Assembly (NCBI GenBank): GCA_948465965.1 | Contig: CAOJYR010000002.1 | Location: 5,839 to 69,838, forward strand | Reading direction: 5' to 3' | DNA from: an uncultured Mycoplasmatota bacterium | Lineage (GTDB): Bacteria; Bacillota_I; Bacilli_A; RF39; UBA660 | DNA: 64,000 bases | Shown here: in pieces, positions 18,292 through 27,481 of the stretch | Layout: the number at the start of each line of letters is the position of its first letter | Position numbering within the stretch: the first letter of the stretch is position 1 | Translations under genes and position numbers: made by a program | Notes under the pieces: model-generated | The model's input: the letters and a program-made list of their open reading frames with translations, nothing else | Databases searched by the model: none | What the model was told of the DNA's origin: nothing

Positions 18292-18891
18292 ATGCCTAGC
18301 CAAACATTCAAAAATCTTGATAAAGGAAAACAGGAAAAACTAATGAAGTGTGCTATGATAGAGTTTGCTAATAATATGTATCATGAAGTATCCATTAATA
18401 AAATAATTTTAAATGCAAAAATACCCAGAGGTAGTTTTTATATGTATTTTAAAGATAAGGATGACTTATTTGAGTATATTTTAGAAGAACATAGCACAAG
18501 GATAAAAAAGATAGTTAAAGAAATTTTAATAAAAAATAAAGGAGATTTAAGAGATACTTTTATATGTTTGTATGAATGTATGATAAAAGGAATCACAAAA
18601 AAAGAAATAGTAGGTATTTATAAAAATATTATTACTTATATTAGTCTTCATAAAAAGAAGGATCCATCACCACCTGGTTATGAATTATTCTTATATGTAA
18701 AAGATGATATAGATACATCTAAGTTAAAAAGTGAAGATCTTGTATTTATCTTTGACATATTACTTCATAGTTTATTATTATCAATTGATAGTTTGCTTCA
18801 TAATAATGATCCTTTAGAAAATAAAAAACAATTTTTACAAAAAATCGACATAATATGTTATGGAATATACAAGGAGGGAAAATATGCTTAA
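18292..18891 (+). CDS. TetR/AcrR family transcriptional regulator
   Basis: N-terminal HTH AMIEFANNMYHEVSINKIILNAKIPRGSFYMYFKDKDDLF. ATG 18292 is better spaced from AGAAGGG than ATG 18283. Confidence 0.85.
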   Translation: MPSQTFKNLDKGKQEKLMKCAMIEFANNMYHEVSINKIILNAKIPRGSFYMYFKDKDDLFEYILEEHSTRIKKIVKEILIKNKGDLRDTFICLYECMIKGITKKEIVGIYKNIITYISLHKKKDPSPPGYELFLYVKDDIDTSKLKSEDLVFIFDILLHSLLLSIDSLLHNNDPLENKKQFLQKIDIICYGIYKEGKYA

Positions 18892-20644
18892 ATTATTTAA
18901 AGATTTCACAAAGAAAGATCTACTATATATTGTAATTTGTCTAACGTTAGTAGTATTTCAAGTATGGCTTGAGTTAAAAATGCCAGATTATATGAGTTCT
19001 ATTACTAGGCTCGTTCAAACCGAAGGTAGTACAATAAAGGAAATAGCAGAACAAGGTTTTTATATGTTATCTTGTGCATTTGGAAGTCTAATATCTGCAA
19101 TTATTGTTGGTTACTTTGCTGCCAATGTTGCTTCTAGTTTTTCTGCTAGTTTGAGAGGTTTAATCTTTGGTAAGGTGCAAAACTTTGGAACAGAGGAGAT
19201 TAAAAAGTTCTCTACTAGTAGTTTAATTACTAGAACGACAAATGATGTAACGCAAATAGAAATGTTAATTGGTATGGGATTACAAATGCTAATTAAGGCT
19301 CCAATTATGGCAGTATGGGCTATTTTAAAAATACTTAATAAGGGTCTTGAATGGAGTATTCTTACAGCTTGTTGTGTATTGGTTTTATTAATCACAATTG
19401 GCACATTAATGATTATTGTTTTACCTAGATTTGCGAAGGTACAAAAATTAATAGATAAAATAAATGGAGTAACTCGAGAGAACTTATCAGGTATTCGTGT
19501 TATACGTGCATTTAATGCTGAAAAATACCAATCCAATAGATTTGAAGATGTTAATAGCAATTTAACAAATATGCAGTTATTTAATCAAAGATGTTTCGCA
19601 GTAATGATGCCAATTATGAACATTATCATGCATGGATTAACATTAGGAATTTACCTTATAGGGGCATACCTAATCAATGCTGCAAATATAAGCGATAAGA
19701 TTACTTTGTTTAGTAATATGGTTGTATTTTCAAGTTATGGTATGCAAGTTATTTCATCATTTTTAATGCTTGCTATGATATTTATGATGTGGCCTCGAGC
19801 TAATATTTCGGCAAAACGTATTAACGAAGTATTGGACGAAGAAATCAGTGTGGTTGAAGGAGAATTTACTGGAGAAACGAAAGATATTGGAACAGTTGAA
19901 TTTAAAAATGTCTCATTTAAATATCCTGATGCTGATGAATATTTACTAAAAAATATTTCTTTTAAAGTGAATAAGGGAGAGACAATAGCTTTTATTGGTT
20001 CTACAGGATCAGGCAAATCTAGTTTAATCAACTTAGTACCAAGATTTTATGATGCAACAGATGGAGAAGTTTTAGTAGATGGAGTAAATGTTAAAGAATA
20101 TAGTGCAGAAGCTCTAAATAATAAATTAGGATACATTCCACAAAAAGCAGTCATGTTCACAGGTACAGTAAAGTCTAATGTTAGTTATGGAGAAAATGCA
20201 AAAAAAGAAATTACTGACAAAGAGATAAAACAAGCGATAAAAGTTGCACAAGGAACTGATTTTGTTGAGAAAATGGAAGGGAAATATGATGCTCATATAG
20301 CCCGTGGTGGTACCAATGTATCTGGTGGACAAAAGCAAAGACTAGCTATTGCTAGAGCTATTGCTAGAAATCCTGAAATTTATATATTTGATGATTCTTT
20401 TTCGGCACTAGATTATAAAACAGATGCAACACTTCGAAAAGAATTAAAGAAATATACAAAAGATGCAACAAACATGATTGTTGCACAAAGAATTGGTACT
20501 ATTATTAATGCGGATAAGATTATTGTATTAGATAATGGAGAATGTGTTGGACAAGGAACACATAAAGAATTATTAAAAAGTTGTGATGTCTATAAAGAAA
20601 TAGCACTATCACAATTATCAAAGGAGGAATTAGAAAATGCCTAG
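18884..20644 (+). CDS. ABC exporter half-transporter (TMD-NBD), degenerate-site partner
   Basis: Six TM helices. Walker A GSTGSGKSS, signature VSGGQKQR, Walker B IYIFDD followed by S (catalytic Glu replaced by Asp). ATG 18884 follows GGAGGG and overlaps the tetR stop. Confidence 0.9.
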   Translation: MLKLFKDFTKKDLLYIVICLTLVVFQVWLELKMPDYMSSITRLVQTEGSTIKEIAEQGFYMLSCAFGSLISAIIVGYFAANVASSFSASLRGLIFGKVQNFGTEEIKKFSTSSLITRTTNDVTQIEMLIGMGLQMLIKAPIMAVWAILKILNKGLEWSILTACCVLVLLITIGTLMIIVLPRFAKVQKLIDKINGVTRENLSGIRVIRAFNAEKYQSNRFEDVNSNLTNMQLFNQRCFAVMMPIMNIIMHGLTLGIYLIGAYLINAANISDKITLFSNMVVFSSYGMQVISSFLMLAMIFMMWPRANISAKRINEVLDEEISVVEGEFTGETKDIGTVEFKNVSFKYPDADEYLLKNISFKVNKGETIAFIGSTGSGKSSLINLVPRFYDATDGEVLVDGVNVKEYSAEALNNKLGYIPQKAVMFTGTVKSNVSYGENAKKEITDKEIKQAIKVAQGTDFVEKMEGKYDAHIARGGTNVSGGQKQRLAIARAIARNPEIYIFDDSFSALDYKTDATLRKELKKYTKDATNMIVAQRIGTIINADKIIVLDNGECVGQGTHKELLKSCDVYKEIALSQLSKEELENA

Positions 20645-22811
20645 ACCAGGAGGACCTAGAGGTGGAGCACCAGAAAAATCAAAAGATTTTGTTGGCTCTA
20701 TGAAGAAATTACTTAGTAACTTAAAACCTTGGCGAATACTTTTAGGCCTAGCCTTAATACTTGCGATGGCTAGTGCAATACTTGCTCTAATTTCGCCTAA
20801 TAAATTATCAGATTTAACAGATACAATTACAAAAGGGATTAGCCCTAATACAGAGGTACTACAAGAAATTAGTAAAAAGATGAGTGCTAATTTTACTGAA
20901 GAAAAAATGAGGCAAAAAATACCTGCTATTATGACTTCAAGTGCTATTAGTAATGAAGAAAAGCAATTATTTACAGAAACAATGACTACTATCTCATCTA
21001 CAGATAATAAAGAAGATGCTACAAAATTAATGTTAAGTCTACCAGACAGCATTATGAATGAATTACTAGAAGATATCAATATAGAAGGAAAAACAATTTC
21101 TATAAAAGACCAAATAGAAATGCTTAAGCTTACTTCTAAAATGGGAGATAAAACAAAAACAGAAGAGGGATTAAAACGAATTGATCAATTACCTAAATCA
21201 ATTTATAAACTAGTTAAGCCAAGTATAGATATGAAAAAAGTGAAAAGTATTGCTTTATTTATTGGGACTTTATATTTATTAAGCGCTATATTTAGTTACA
21301 TACAAAGTTTTTCTATGGCAACAGTTTCAAACAAATTTGCAAAAAGCCTAAGAACTAGAATAAGTAAAAAAATAAACACTTTACCATTGAAATATTTTGA
21401 TACACATGAAACTGGTGATGTATTATCCCGCGTAACAAATGATGTAGATACGATTGCTATGAACTTAAATCAAAGTCTAGCCTCACTAGTTAGTAGTGTA
21501 ACTTTATTTATAGGTTCTATTGTAATGATGTTTACAACGAACTGGATAATGGCAATAACAGCAATTGTAGCTAGTTTAATTGGATTTTCATTCATGTTCC
21601 TAATATTAGATAAGTCACAAAAATACTTTGCTAAAAAACAAGAAGAATTAGGTAACTTAAATGGTTATATCGAAGAAATTTATTCTGGACACAATGTTGT
21701 AAAAGCCTATAATGGTACAAAAGAAGCAATCAAGGAATTTAGTGACTTAAATACAAAATTGTATGATGCTAATAGAAAAAGCCAATTCTTATCTGGACTA
21801 ATGCAACCAATTATGATGTTTGTTGGTAATTTTGGATATGTAGCTGTATGTATAGTTGGTGCGCTATTAGTAATGAATAACCATATTACATTTGGTGTAA
21901 TCGTTGCTTTTATGATTTATGTTAGGTTATTTACAAATCCACTTTCGCAAATAGCACAAGCAATGACTTCACTTCAGTCAACCGCTGCAGCTAGTGAAAG
22001 AGTGTTTGAATTCTTAGAAGAAGTAGAAATGAAAGAGCAAGGAGCAATAACTAAACATTTAGATAAATCAAAAGTAAAAGGGGAAATCGAATTTAAACAT
22101 GTTAAATTTGGTTATGATCCATCTAGAACAATCATTAAAGACTTTAGTATCAAAGTAAAACCCGGACAAAAAATCGCTATTGTTGGACCAACTGGTGCTG
22201 GAAAAACGACAATGGTTAATTTACTAATGAAATTTTATGAAATTAATGATGGTGATATCTTAATTGATGGAGTATCAACAAAAGAGTTAACAAGAGAAAA
22301 TATTCATGAATTATTCTGTATGGTTTTACAAGATACCTGGTTATTTGAAGGAACCATCGGTGAAAATATCAAATTTAACAAAGAAAATGTTTCTGAAAAA
22401 GAAGTTTGGGAAGCCTGCAAAACAGTTGGTGTAGATCACTTCATTAAAACACTACCTGGAGGATTAAATGCGACAATTGGTGATAATGATTCGGTAAGTC
22501 AAGGGCAAAAACAGTTATTTACGATAGCTCGTGGAATGCTTGAAGATGCGCCTTTCTTAATTTTAGATGAAGCCACAAGTAACGTAGATACTAGAACTGA
22601 AGAACTAGTTCAAAAAGCAATGGATAAGTTAACAATTGGTAGAACATCTTTTATCATTGCACATAGATTATCTACAATAAAAAATGCTGATTTAATTCTA
22701 GTAATGAATGAAGGAAACATCATAGAACAGGGAAATCATGAAACCCTTATGAAAAAGAAAGGTTTTTATGCTGATTTATACAATTCACAATTTGAGATGA
22801 CAGGAGAATAA
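20637..22811 (+). CDS. ABC exporter half-transporter (TMD-NBD), consensus-site partner with a large TM1-TM2 insertion
   Basis: Walker A GPTGAGKTT, Walker B FLILDEATS (Glu present), atypical signature VSQGQKQL. About 150-170 aa of polar sequence lies between the first two hydrophobic helices. Confidence 0.9.
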   Translation: MPRPGGPRGGAPEKSKDFVGSMKKLLSNLKPWRILLGLALILAMASAILALISPNKLSDLTDTITKGISPNTEVLQEISKKMSANFTEEKMRQKIPAIMTSSAISNEEKQLFTETMTTISSTDNKEDATKLMLSLPDSIMNELLEDINIEGKTISIKDQIEMLKLTSKMGDKTKTEEGLKRIDQLPKSIYKLVKPSIDMKKVKSIALFIGTLYLLSAIFSYIQSFSMATVSNKFAKSLRTRISKKINTLPLKYFDTHETGDVLSRVTNDVDTIAMNLNQSLASLVSSVTLFIGSIVMMFTTNWIMAITAIVASLIGFSFMFLILDKSQKYFAKKQEELGNLNGYIEEIYSGHNVVKAYNGTKEAIKEFSDLNTKLYDANRKSQFLSGLMQPIMMFVGNFGYVAVCIVGALLVMNNHITFGVIVAFMIYVRLFTNPLSQIAQAMTSLQSTAAASERVFEFLEEVEMKEQGAITKHLDKSKVKGEIEFKHVKFGYDPSRTIIKDFSIKVKPGQKIAIVGPTGAGKTTMVNLLMKFYEINDGDILIDGVSTKELTRENIHELFCMVLQDTWLFEGTIGENIKFNKENVSEKEVWEACKTVGVDHFIKTLPGGLNATIGDNDSVSQGQKQLFTIARGMLEDAPFLILDEATSNVDTRTEELVQKAMDKLTIGRTSFIIAHRLSTIKNADLILVMNEGNIIEQGNHETLMKKKGFYADLYNSQFEMTGE

Positions 22812-22827
22812 ATTTTCTCCTTTTCTT
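22802..22827 (+). terminator. Rho-independent terminator after the ABC operon
   Basis: AGGAGAA...TTCTCCT hairpin spanning the stop codon, followed by TTTTCTT. Confidence 0.5.
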
Positions 22828-22891
22828 ATACATTTTTATTGTTTGCAATTCTAATTTATTGTATAATTATCTATGATAGGAGGGGTAGTTA

Positions 22892-23761
22892 ATGATTAAA
22901 TTTAAAAATCCAATTATAAAACAGATGATGATCTTTTTCATGTTAACTTTCGGAGCAATACTAGCAGCATACGCTCTTGAATGTTTCTTAATTCCAAATA
23001 CGATTCTTGATGGTGGTATTACAGGTATTTCAATTATTATATCTAAATTGACAAAATTGCCACTCAGTATATTGGTACTACTATTAAACATTCCTTTTAT
23101 TTATATTGGCTTTAAAAATATGGGAAAAGGATTTTTATTAAGGACAATCTATAGTATGGTTATATTTTCTCTATCCTTATCACTTTTTCAATACTTTGAT
23201 GCCATAACAGAACAGATACTCCTTGCAACAGTATTTGGTGGAGTTTTGTTAGGCGTAGGGGTAGGGCTAATCATTCACTTTGGCGGTTGTGTGGATGGAA
23301 CAGAGTCCGTTGCTCTCGTAATCAGTAAAAAAACATCCTTTTCAGTTGGACAAATTGTTTTAATGTTCAATTTAGTAATTTATACTGTAGCAGGATTTAT
23401 ATTCGGTATTGATAGAGCAATGTATTCTCTTTTAACATATTTTATAACTTTTAAGGTAATCGACTTTGTGTCTGAAGGATTAGAACAGGCAAAAGCAGCC
23501 TTAATCATTACAAAAAAAGGTACTGATATGGCTGATGAAATATATAAACGATTGGGTAGAACAGTAACGACAATAAAAGGAAAAGGATTAATCAGCGGTG
23601 AAAAAGAAGTCTTATATTGTGTTCTTACTCGTATCGAAGTTTTTGAACTAAAACACATTGCCGAAGAAATGGATGAGAGTGCTTTTATAACAATTCTAGA
23701 GGTTAACGAAATAATCGGGGAACACATAAAATCTAATAAAAAAAGGAAAAGAATAAAATAG
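22892..23761 (+). CDS. YitT-family membrane protein (DUF2179 C-terminal domain)
   Basis: Multi-TM N-terminal part with ILDGGITGISII, and a soluble C-terminal domain RLGRTVTTIKGKGLISGEKEVLYCVLTRIE typical of YitT/DUF2179. Confidence 0.8.
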   Translation: MIKFKNPIIKQMMIFFMLTFGAILAAYALECFLIPNTILDGGITGISIIISKLTKLPLSILVLLLNIPFIYIGFKNMGKGFLLRTIYSMVIFSLSLSLFQYFDAITEQILLATVFGGVLLGVGVGLIIHFGGCVDGTESVALVISKKTSFSVGQIVLMFNLVIYTVAGFIFGIDRAMYSLLTYFITFKVIDFVSEGLEQAKAALIITKKGTDMADEIYKRLGRTVTTIKGKGLISGEKEVLYCVLTRIEVFELKHIAEEMDESAFITILEVNEIIGEHIKSNKKRKRIK

Positions 23762-23773
23762 GATGTGATAACA

Positions 23774-24694
23774 ATGAATAACAATCTAAATAATAACCAA
23801 CCAGTAAATCAAAACATACCTCAAAGTAATGTACAAAATAATCCGCAAGCACAACCACAGGCGATAAATAGAGTAAGTCAAATCCAAGTTCCACCAGCTA
23901 GTAATGGTGTAAATCTGCAACCGCAAGTTCAAACACAAATAGTAAATTCGTCTCCAACGCAGGTACCAAAGCAGAAAAAATCACATGGAAAAACATTCTT
24001 AATCATTATTTTATTTCTTATAATCATAGGACTTGGGTTCTATATTTATACTGATTATCAAAAGGATTTAGCAACAAAATGTAGTCCACTTGTACAAAAT
24101 ACGAAAGAAAAAAAGAATTTAGATTTAAATTCCACTATCGTCCAAGACTTGTATAACAAGGTAAAAACAACAGTTAGAGAAGACGTTGCATCGAATGAAT
24201 TAAATGATAAAATGAAATTATACTTAGCCTTTAGACAAATTCCAGAAAGTAAGATATATGATTCTAATTGTAATTTATTTGATAATGCTATCATGCAATC
24301 GGTAACTTGTGAAAAGTCTCTAGAATTTTCTCCTCGTGCCTTTAAAGAAGAAACATTAAAATTGGAACTAAAAAAATTATTTGGAGAAGATACAAATATA
24401 GAAAATGCTAATATCCAACTAGGAAATAGTTGTTTTGGAGGATATCAGTATATTGCTGAAAGAGGAGAGTATGTAGAAGGGTATTGCAAGGAGGTTAATA
24501 CAACTCTATATAATGTTGATAAAAAACTAATAGAAGCAACAGTATTTAATGATACCATAACCTTAAAAGAAAAAGTAAGATACTATAGTAGTGAGGGAAT
24601 AAATACAGAAAGATTAAAAAATGGTACCTACGTTTATACATTCAAACTTGATAACAATTACAACTATGCATACATAAGTAAAACTATTGAATAA
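23774..24694 (+). CDS. Membrane-anchored protein with a Q/N/P-rich N-terminal tail
   Basis: About 70 aa of low complexity (NNNLNNNQPVNQNIPQSNVQNNPQAQPQ...), one TM helix (FLIIILFLIIIGLGFYIY), and an extracytoplasmic domain of about 215 aa. The ORF-track start 23765 is GTG. Confidence 0.5.
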   Translation: MNNNLNNNQPVNQNIPQSNVQNNPQAQPQAINRVSQIQVPPASNGVNLQPQVQTQIVNSSPTQVPKQKKSHGKTFLIIILFLIIIGLGFYIYTDYQKDLATKCSPLVQNTKEKKNLDLNSTIVQDLYNKVKTTVREDVASNELNDKMKLYLAFRQIPESKIYDSNCNLFDNAIMQSVTCEKSLEFSPRAFKEETLKLELKKLFGEDTNIENANIQLGNSCFGGYQYIAERGEYVEGYCKEVNTTLYNVDKKLIEATVFNDTITLKEKVRYYSSEGINTERLKNGTYVYTFKLDNNYNYAYISKTIE

Positions 24695-24731
24695 AAATCT
24701 TTTTTATGATATATTTAGTAAGGTGGTAAAT

Positions 24732-25256
24732 ATGGAAATAATAAAAGTAATAACAGGAACTCTTGATGAAAACTGTTATGTATTAAAAGAAAAAAATACT
24801 TGTTTAGTTGTTGATCCAGGAGATGACTATCCAAAAATCAAGGAAGTAATTGATGATGCCAAAGTTTTAGGAGTACTAATTACCCATTCTCACTTTGATC
24901 ATATAGGTGCACTAAGAAACTTTCTAACAAAAAGAAGTGTAAAAATATTTAAAAAAAGCAACCTAGAAGAAAAAGAATATGAAATAGGAGACTTTAAATT
25001 TAAAGTCATCTATACTCCAGGACATTCAAAAGATTCAGTAACCTTCTATTTTGAAGATAAAAAAGTTATGTTTGTAGGGGATTTTATCTTTAAAGAATAC
25101 ATTGGAAGAGTAGACCTACCTGGAGGAGATAATAATGAAATGCAGGAATCTATCAAGAAAATAAAGACCTATCCAACTGATATTATTTTATATCCAGGCC
25201 ACTATGAAGAGACAACTTTAAAAGATGAATTAGATAATAATCCTTATTTGAAATAA
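24732..25256 (+). CDS. MBL-fold metallo-hydrolase (glyoxalase II-like)
   Basis: ITHSHFDHIG (HxHxDH), TPGHS, GDFIF, PGH motifs. ATG 24732 follows AAGGTGG. The ORF-track start 24687 is TTG. Confidence 0.85.
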   Translation: MEIIKVITGTLDENCYVLKEKNTCLVVDPGDDYPKIKEVIDDAKVLGVLITHSHFDHIGALRNFLTKRSVKIFKKSNLEEKEYEIGDFKFKVIYTPGHSKDSVTFYFEDKKVMFVGDFIFKEYIGRVDLPGGDNNEMQESIKKIKTYPTDIILYPGHYEETTLKDELDNNPYLK

Positions 25257-25417
25257 GGGTTGTTTTTGTTTAGAGAAAAAATTATAACGACTATAAAATT
25301 TATTAAAGGGAGATTTGAAATGTTTGATAAGAAAAAAATAATAAAATGAAAGTAAAAAATAGTAGAATTTTATAATAATTTATGATACAATTGACTAGAA
25401 AATAGAGGTGTAGTTAT

Positions 25418-25732
25418 ATGTATATAGATTTAGTTATATTGATTGCTTTAATAGTGATTGTTGTTATGTTTTTCAAAAGATTTTCATCATTTGTCTTCTT
25501 TATGGCAATCATTGATATCTTACTTAGAATACTTACATTTATAAAAAATAATATTGGGCTGCCTGATGTAAGTGCTTTGATAGGAAAATACGTTCCAAGC
25601 AGTATGTTTGGTATCATTGATAAATATGCAACAGGTACTATAAACATTATATTAAAGTGGGCATTTGTATTTATTATGTGTATTTTCTTATCTTATATTA
25701 TTAAGATATTTATCCATAAGAAAAAAATTTAG
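25418..25732 (+). CDS. Small integral membrane protein
   Basis: RBS GAGGTG upstream. Three hydrophobic helices. 104 aa. Confidence 0.45.
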   Translation: MYIDLVILIALIVIVVMFFKRFSSFVFFMAIIDILLRILTFIKNNIGLPDVSALIGKYVPSSMFGIIDKYATGTINIILKWAFVFIMCIFLSYIIKIFIHKKKI

Positions 25733-25795
25733 GTAAGTATTAAGATTTGACATTATAAGTCAAATCTTTTTTTTATAATAATTGTGGTGATATAA

Positions 25796-26566
25796 ATGAA
25801 AATATATCTAGATTTAGTAATTCTAATTAATTTTTTCTTTGATTTCATTATTATTTTTGCTACAAAGTGTATTTTAAAAGAAAATGCAAAATTAATTAGA
25901 CTAATCATGGCAGCTATTATTGGTAGTGCATCCATTATATTACTTTTTATACCACTAAATAGTTTTAGTTTATTTCTATTAAAACTATTAATCAGTATCA
26001 TCATAATATTAACAGCATTTGGAAGGAGGAATTTTTTTAAAAATTTAACATATTTTTATTTGGTAAGTATTATTCTAGGAGGATTTTTATATTTATTAGA
26101 TATTAGTTATACCTATGAAAATAAGGGATTATTATTTTTTAATAATGGTTTAGTTTTAAATTTTGTTGTTATGATAATTATTAGTCCAATCATTATTTAT
26201 CTCTACGTAAAAGAGCAAAAAAGTTATAAAAATAAATACTCCAGTATTTATACAACTGAAATATATATAAACAATAAAATATATAAATTAAAATCTATAT
26301 TAGATACAGGGAATAATCTAAAAGATCCCTACAGTAAAAAAAGTGTTATTTTAATAAATAATAATATAAAAATCACAAAAAAAGAATTCTTATATGTTCC
26401 ATATAAGGCATTAAATACTGAGGGTATAATAAAATGTTTTAAACCAGACAGAGTAATAATAAATGATAAATTATTTAAGAATTGTCTAATTGGTTTAAGT
26501 AAGGAAAGATTTAGTTTAGATGATATTGATTGCATATTACCGAACACATTTAAGGAGGATTTATGA
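25796..26566 (+). CDS. spoIIGA: Sigma-E processing aspartic peptidase SpoIIGA
   Basis: MKIYLDLVILINFFFDF N-terminus, five TM helices, LDTGNNLKDP active-site motif. Overlaps the sigE start. Confidence 0.85.
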   Translation: MKIYLDLVILINFFFDFIIIFATKCILKENAKLIRLIMAAIIGSASIILLFIPLNSFSLFLLKLLISIIIILTAFGRRNFFKNLTYFYLVSIILGGFLYLLDISYTYENKGLLFFNNGLVLNFVVMIIISPIIIYLYVKEQKSYKNKYSSIYTTEIYINNKIYKLKSILDTGNNLKDPYSKKSVILINNNIKITKKEFLYVPYKALNTEGIIKCFKPDRVIINDKLFKNCLIGLSKERFSLDDIDCILPNTFKEDL

Positions 26567-27255
26567 AAAGATTAATTCGTTTTTTTAAGAAATTATTTTA
26601 TAAAGTAAACAGTGTTTTTTATGTAGGACAAACAGATATGCTTCCAGAACCCTTAACAAGAGAAAAAGAAGAATATTATGTCTCTTTAAAAGAACAAGGT
26701 GATGAGAAAGCAAAAGATACTCTAATAGAGCATAACCTAAGGTTAGTAGTGTTTTTAGCTAAAAAATATGAAAATACCGGTGTGGATTTAGAAGATTTAG
26801 TAAGTATTGGAACTATCGGTTTAATCAAGGGAATCAATACCTTTAGTAGTGACAAAAACATTAAACTCGCAACCTATGCGTCACGTTGTATAGATAATGA
26901 AATTTTAATGTATTTAAGAAAAAACAAAAAAATAAAAACAGAAATTAGTATAGATGCCTCTCTTTCTTTAGATGGAGAAGGAAATGAATTACATCTAGAG
27001 GATGTCTTAGGAACAGATCCTGATATTGTAACAAAAGGAATAGAAGAGGAGTCAGAAAGGAAATTAATGCTTAGTGAAGTACAAAGGTTAAAACCAAGAG
27101 ATCGTGATATAATTATACTAAGATATGGACTTATGGGGCATGATGAACTCACACAAAAAGAAGTAGCTGAAAAATTAGGAATATCTCAATCCTACATTTC
27201 AAGAATAGAGAAAAAAGTTATTAAAAGGTTAAAATTACTAGTTAATACGAATTAA
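26563..27255 (+). CDS. sigE: Sporulation sigma factor SigE (pro-sigma-E)
   Basis: Basic/hydrophobic pro-sequence MKRLIRFFKKLFYKV, region 2 LVSIGTIGLIKGINTF, region 4.2 LTQKEVAEKLGISQSYISRIEKK. Follows spoIIGA. Confidence 0.9.
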   Translation: MKRLIRFFKKLFYKVNSVFYVGQTDMLPEPLTREKEEYYVSLKEQGDEKAKDTLIEHNLRLVVFLAKKYENTGVDLEDLVSIGTIGLIKGINTFSSDKNIKLATYASRCIDNEILMYLRKNKKIKTEISIDASLSLDGEGNELHLEDVLGTDPDIVTKGIEEESERKLMLSEVQRLKPRDRDIIILRYGLMGHDELTQKEVAEKLGISQSYISRIEKKVIKRLKLLVNTN

Positions 27256-27481
27256 TTAGTATTATAATTGATAATTATTATATTAAACTTTATATTTTTG
27301 TATAATAGAATAGCAATGCATTATTTAGCGGAGTGATTTATTTATGAATTATAAAGAAAATCAACTAGTTTACAATGTAAATGACAACTAAGTCATTTTT
27401 TTCTTATATTTATTGTTTATATAGAAAATACAGATTATAATAGTATAGAAAATAAGTGAAATAAAAATGGAGCTGATTATA

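Noticed and set aside
19111-21079. Long antisense ORFs inside the ABC exporter genes (19111-19560, 19735-20031, 20126-20338, 20630-21079, all minus strand).
   Set aside because: They lie fully within strongly supported plus-strand genes, have no RBS, and have Ser/Ile/Leu-rich low-complexity translations typical of shadow frames in AT-rich DNA. The same reasoning applies to the other short antisense ORFs in the track, for example 195-380, 2105-2314, 2569-2826, 13585-13809, 23380-23784, 28953-29303, 36653-36937, 38109-38330, 57063-57311, 58472-58681, 59548-59820 and 62920-63123.
25747-25779. TTGACA-21 bp-TATAAT arrangement upstream of spoIIGA, reminiscent of the long-spacer Spo0A-dependent spoIIG promoter of B. 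subtilis.
   Set aside because: The -10 box ends only 16 nt before the spoIIGA ATG, leaving no room for a transcribed RBS. The TTGACA is also one arm of the terminator hairpin of the preceding gene. This is probably coincidental.
27344-27391. 15-aa ORF (MNYKENQLVYNVNDN) with an upstream GGAG and a weak downstream hairpin, after sigE.
   Set aside because: It is too short and featureless to support. It could equally be chance in a 210-bp spacer.
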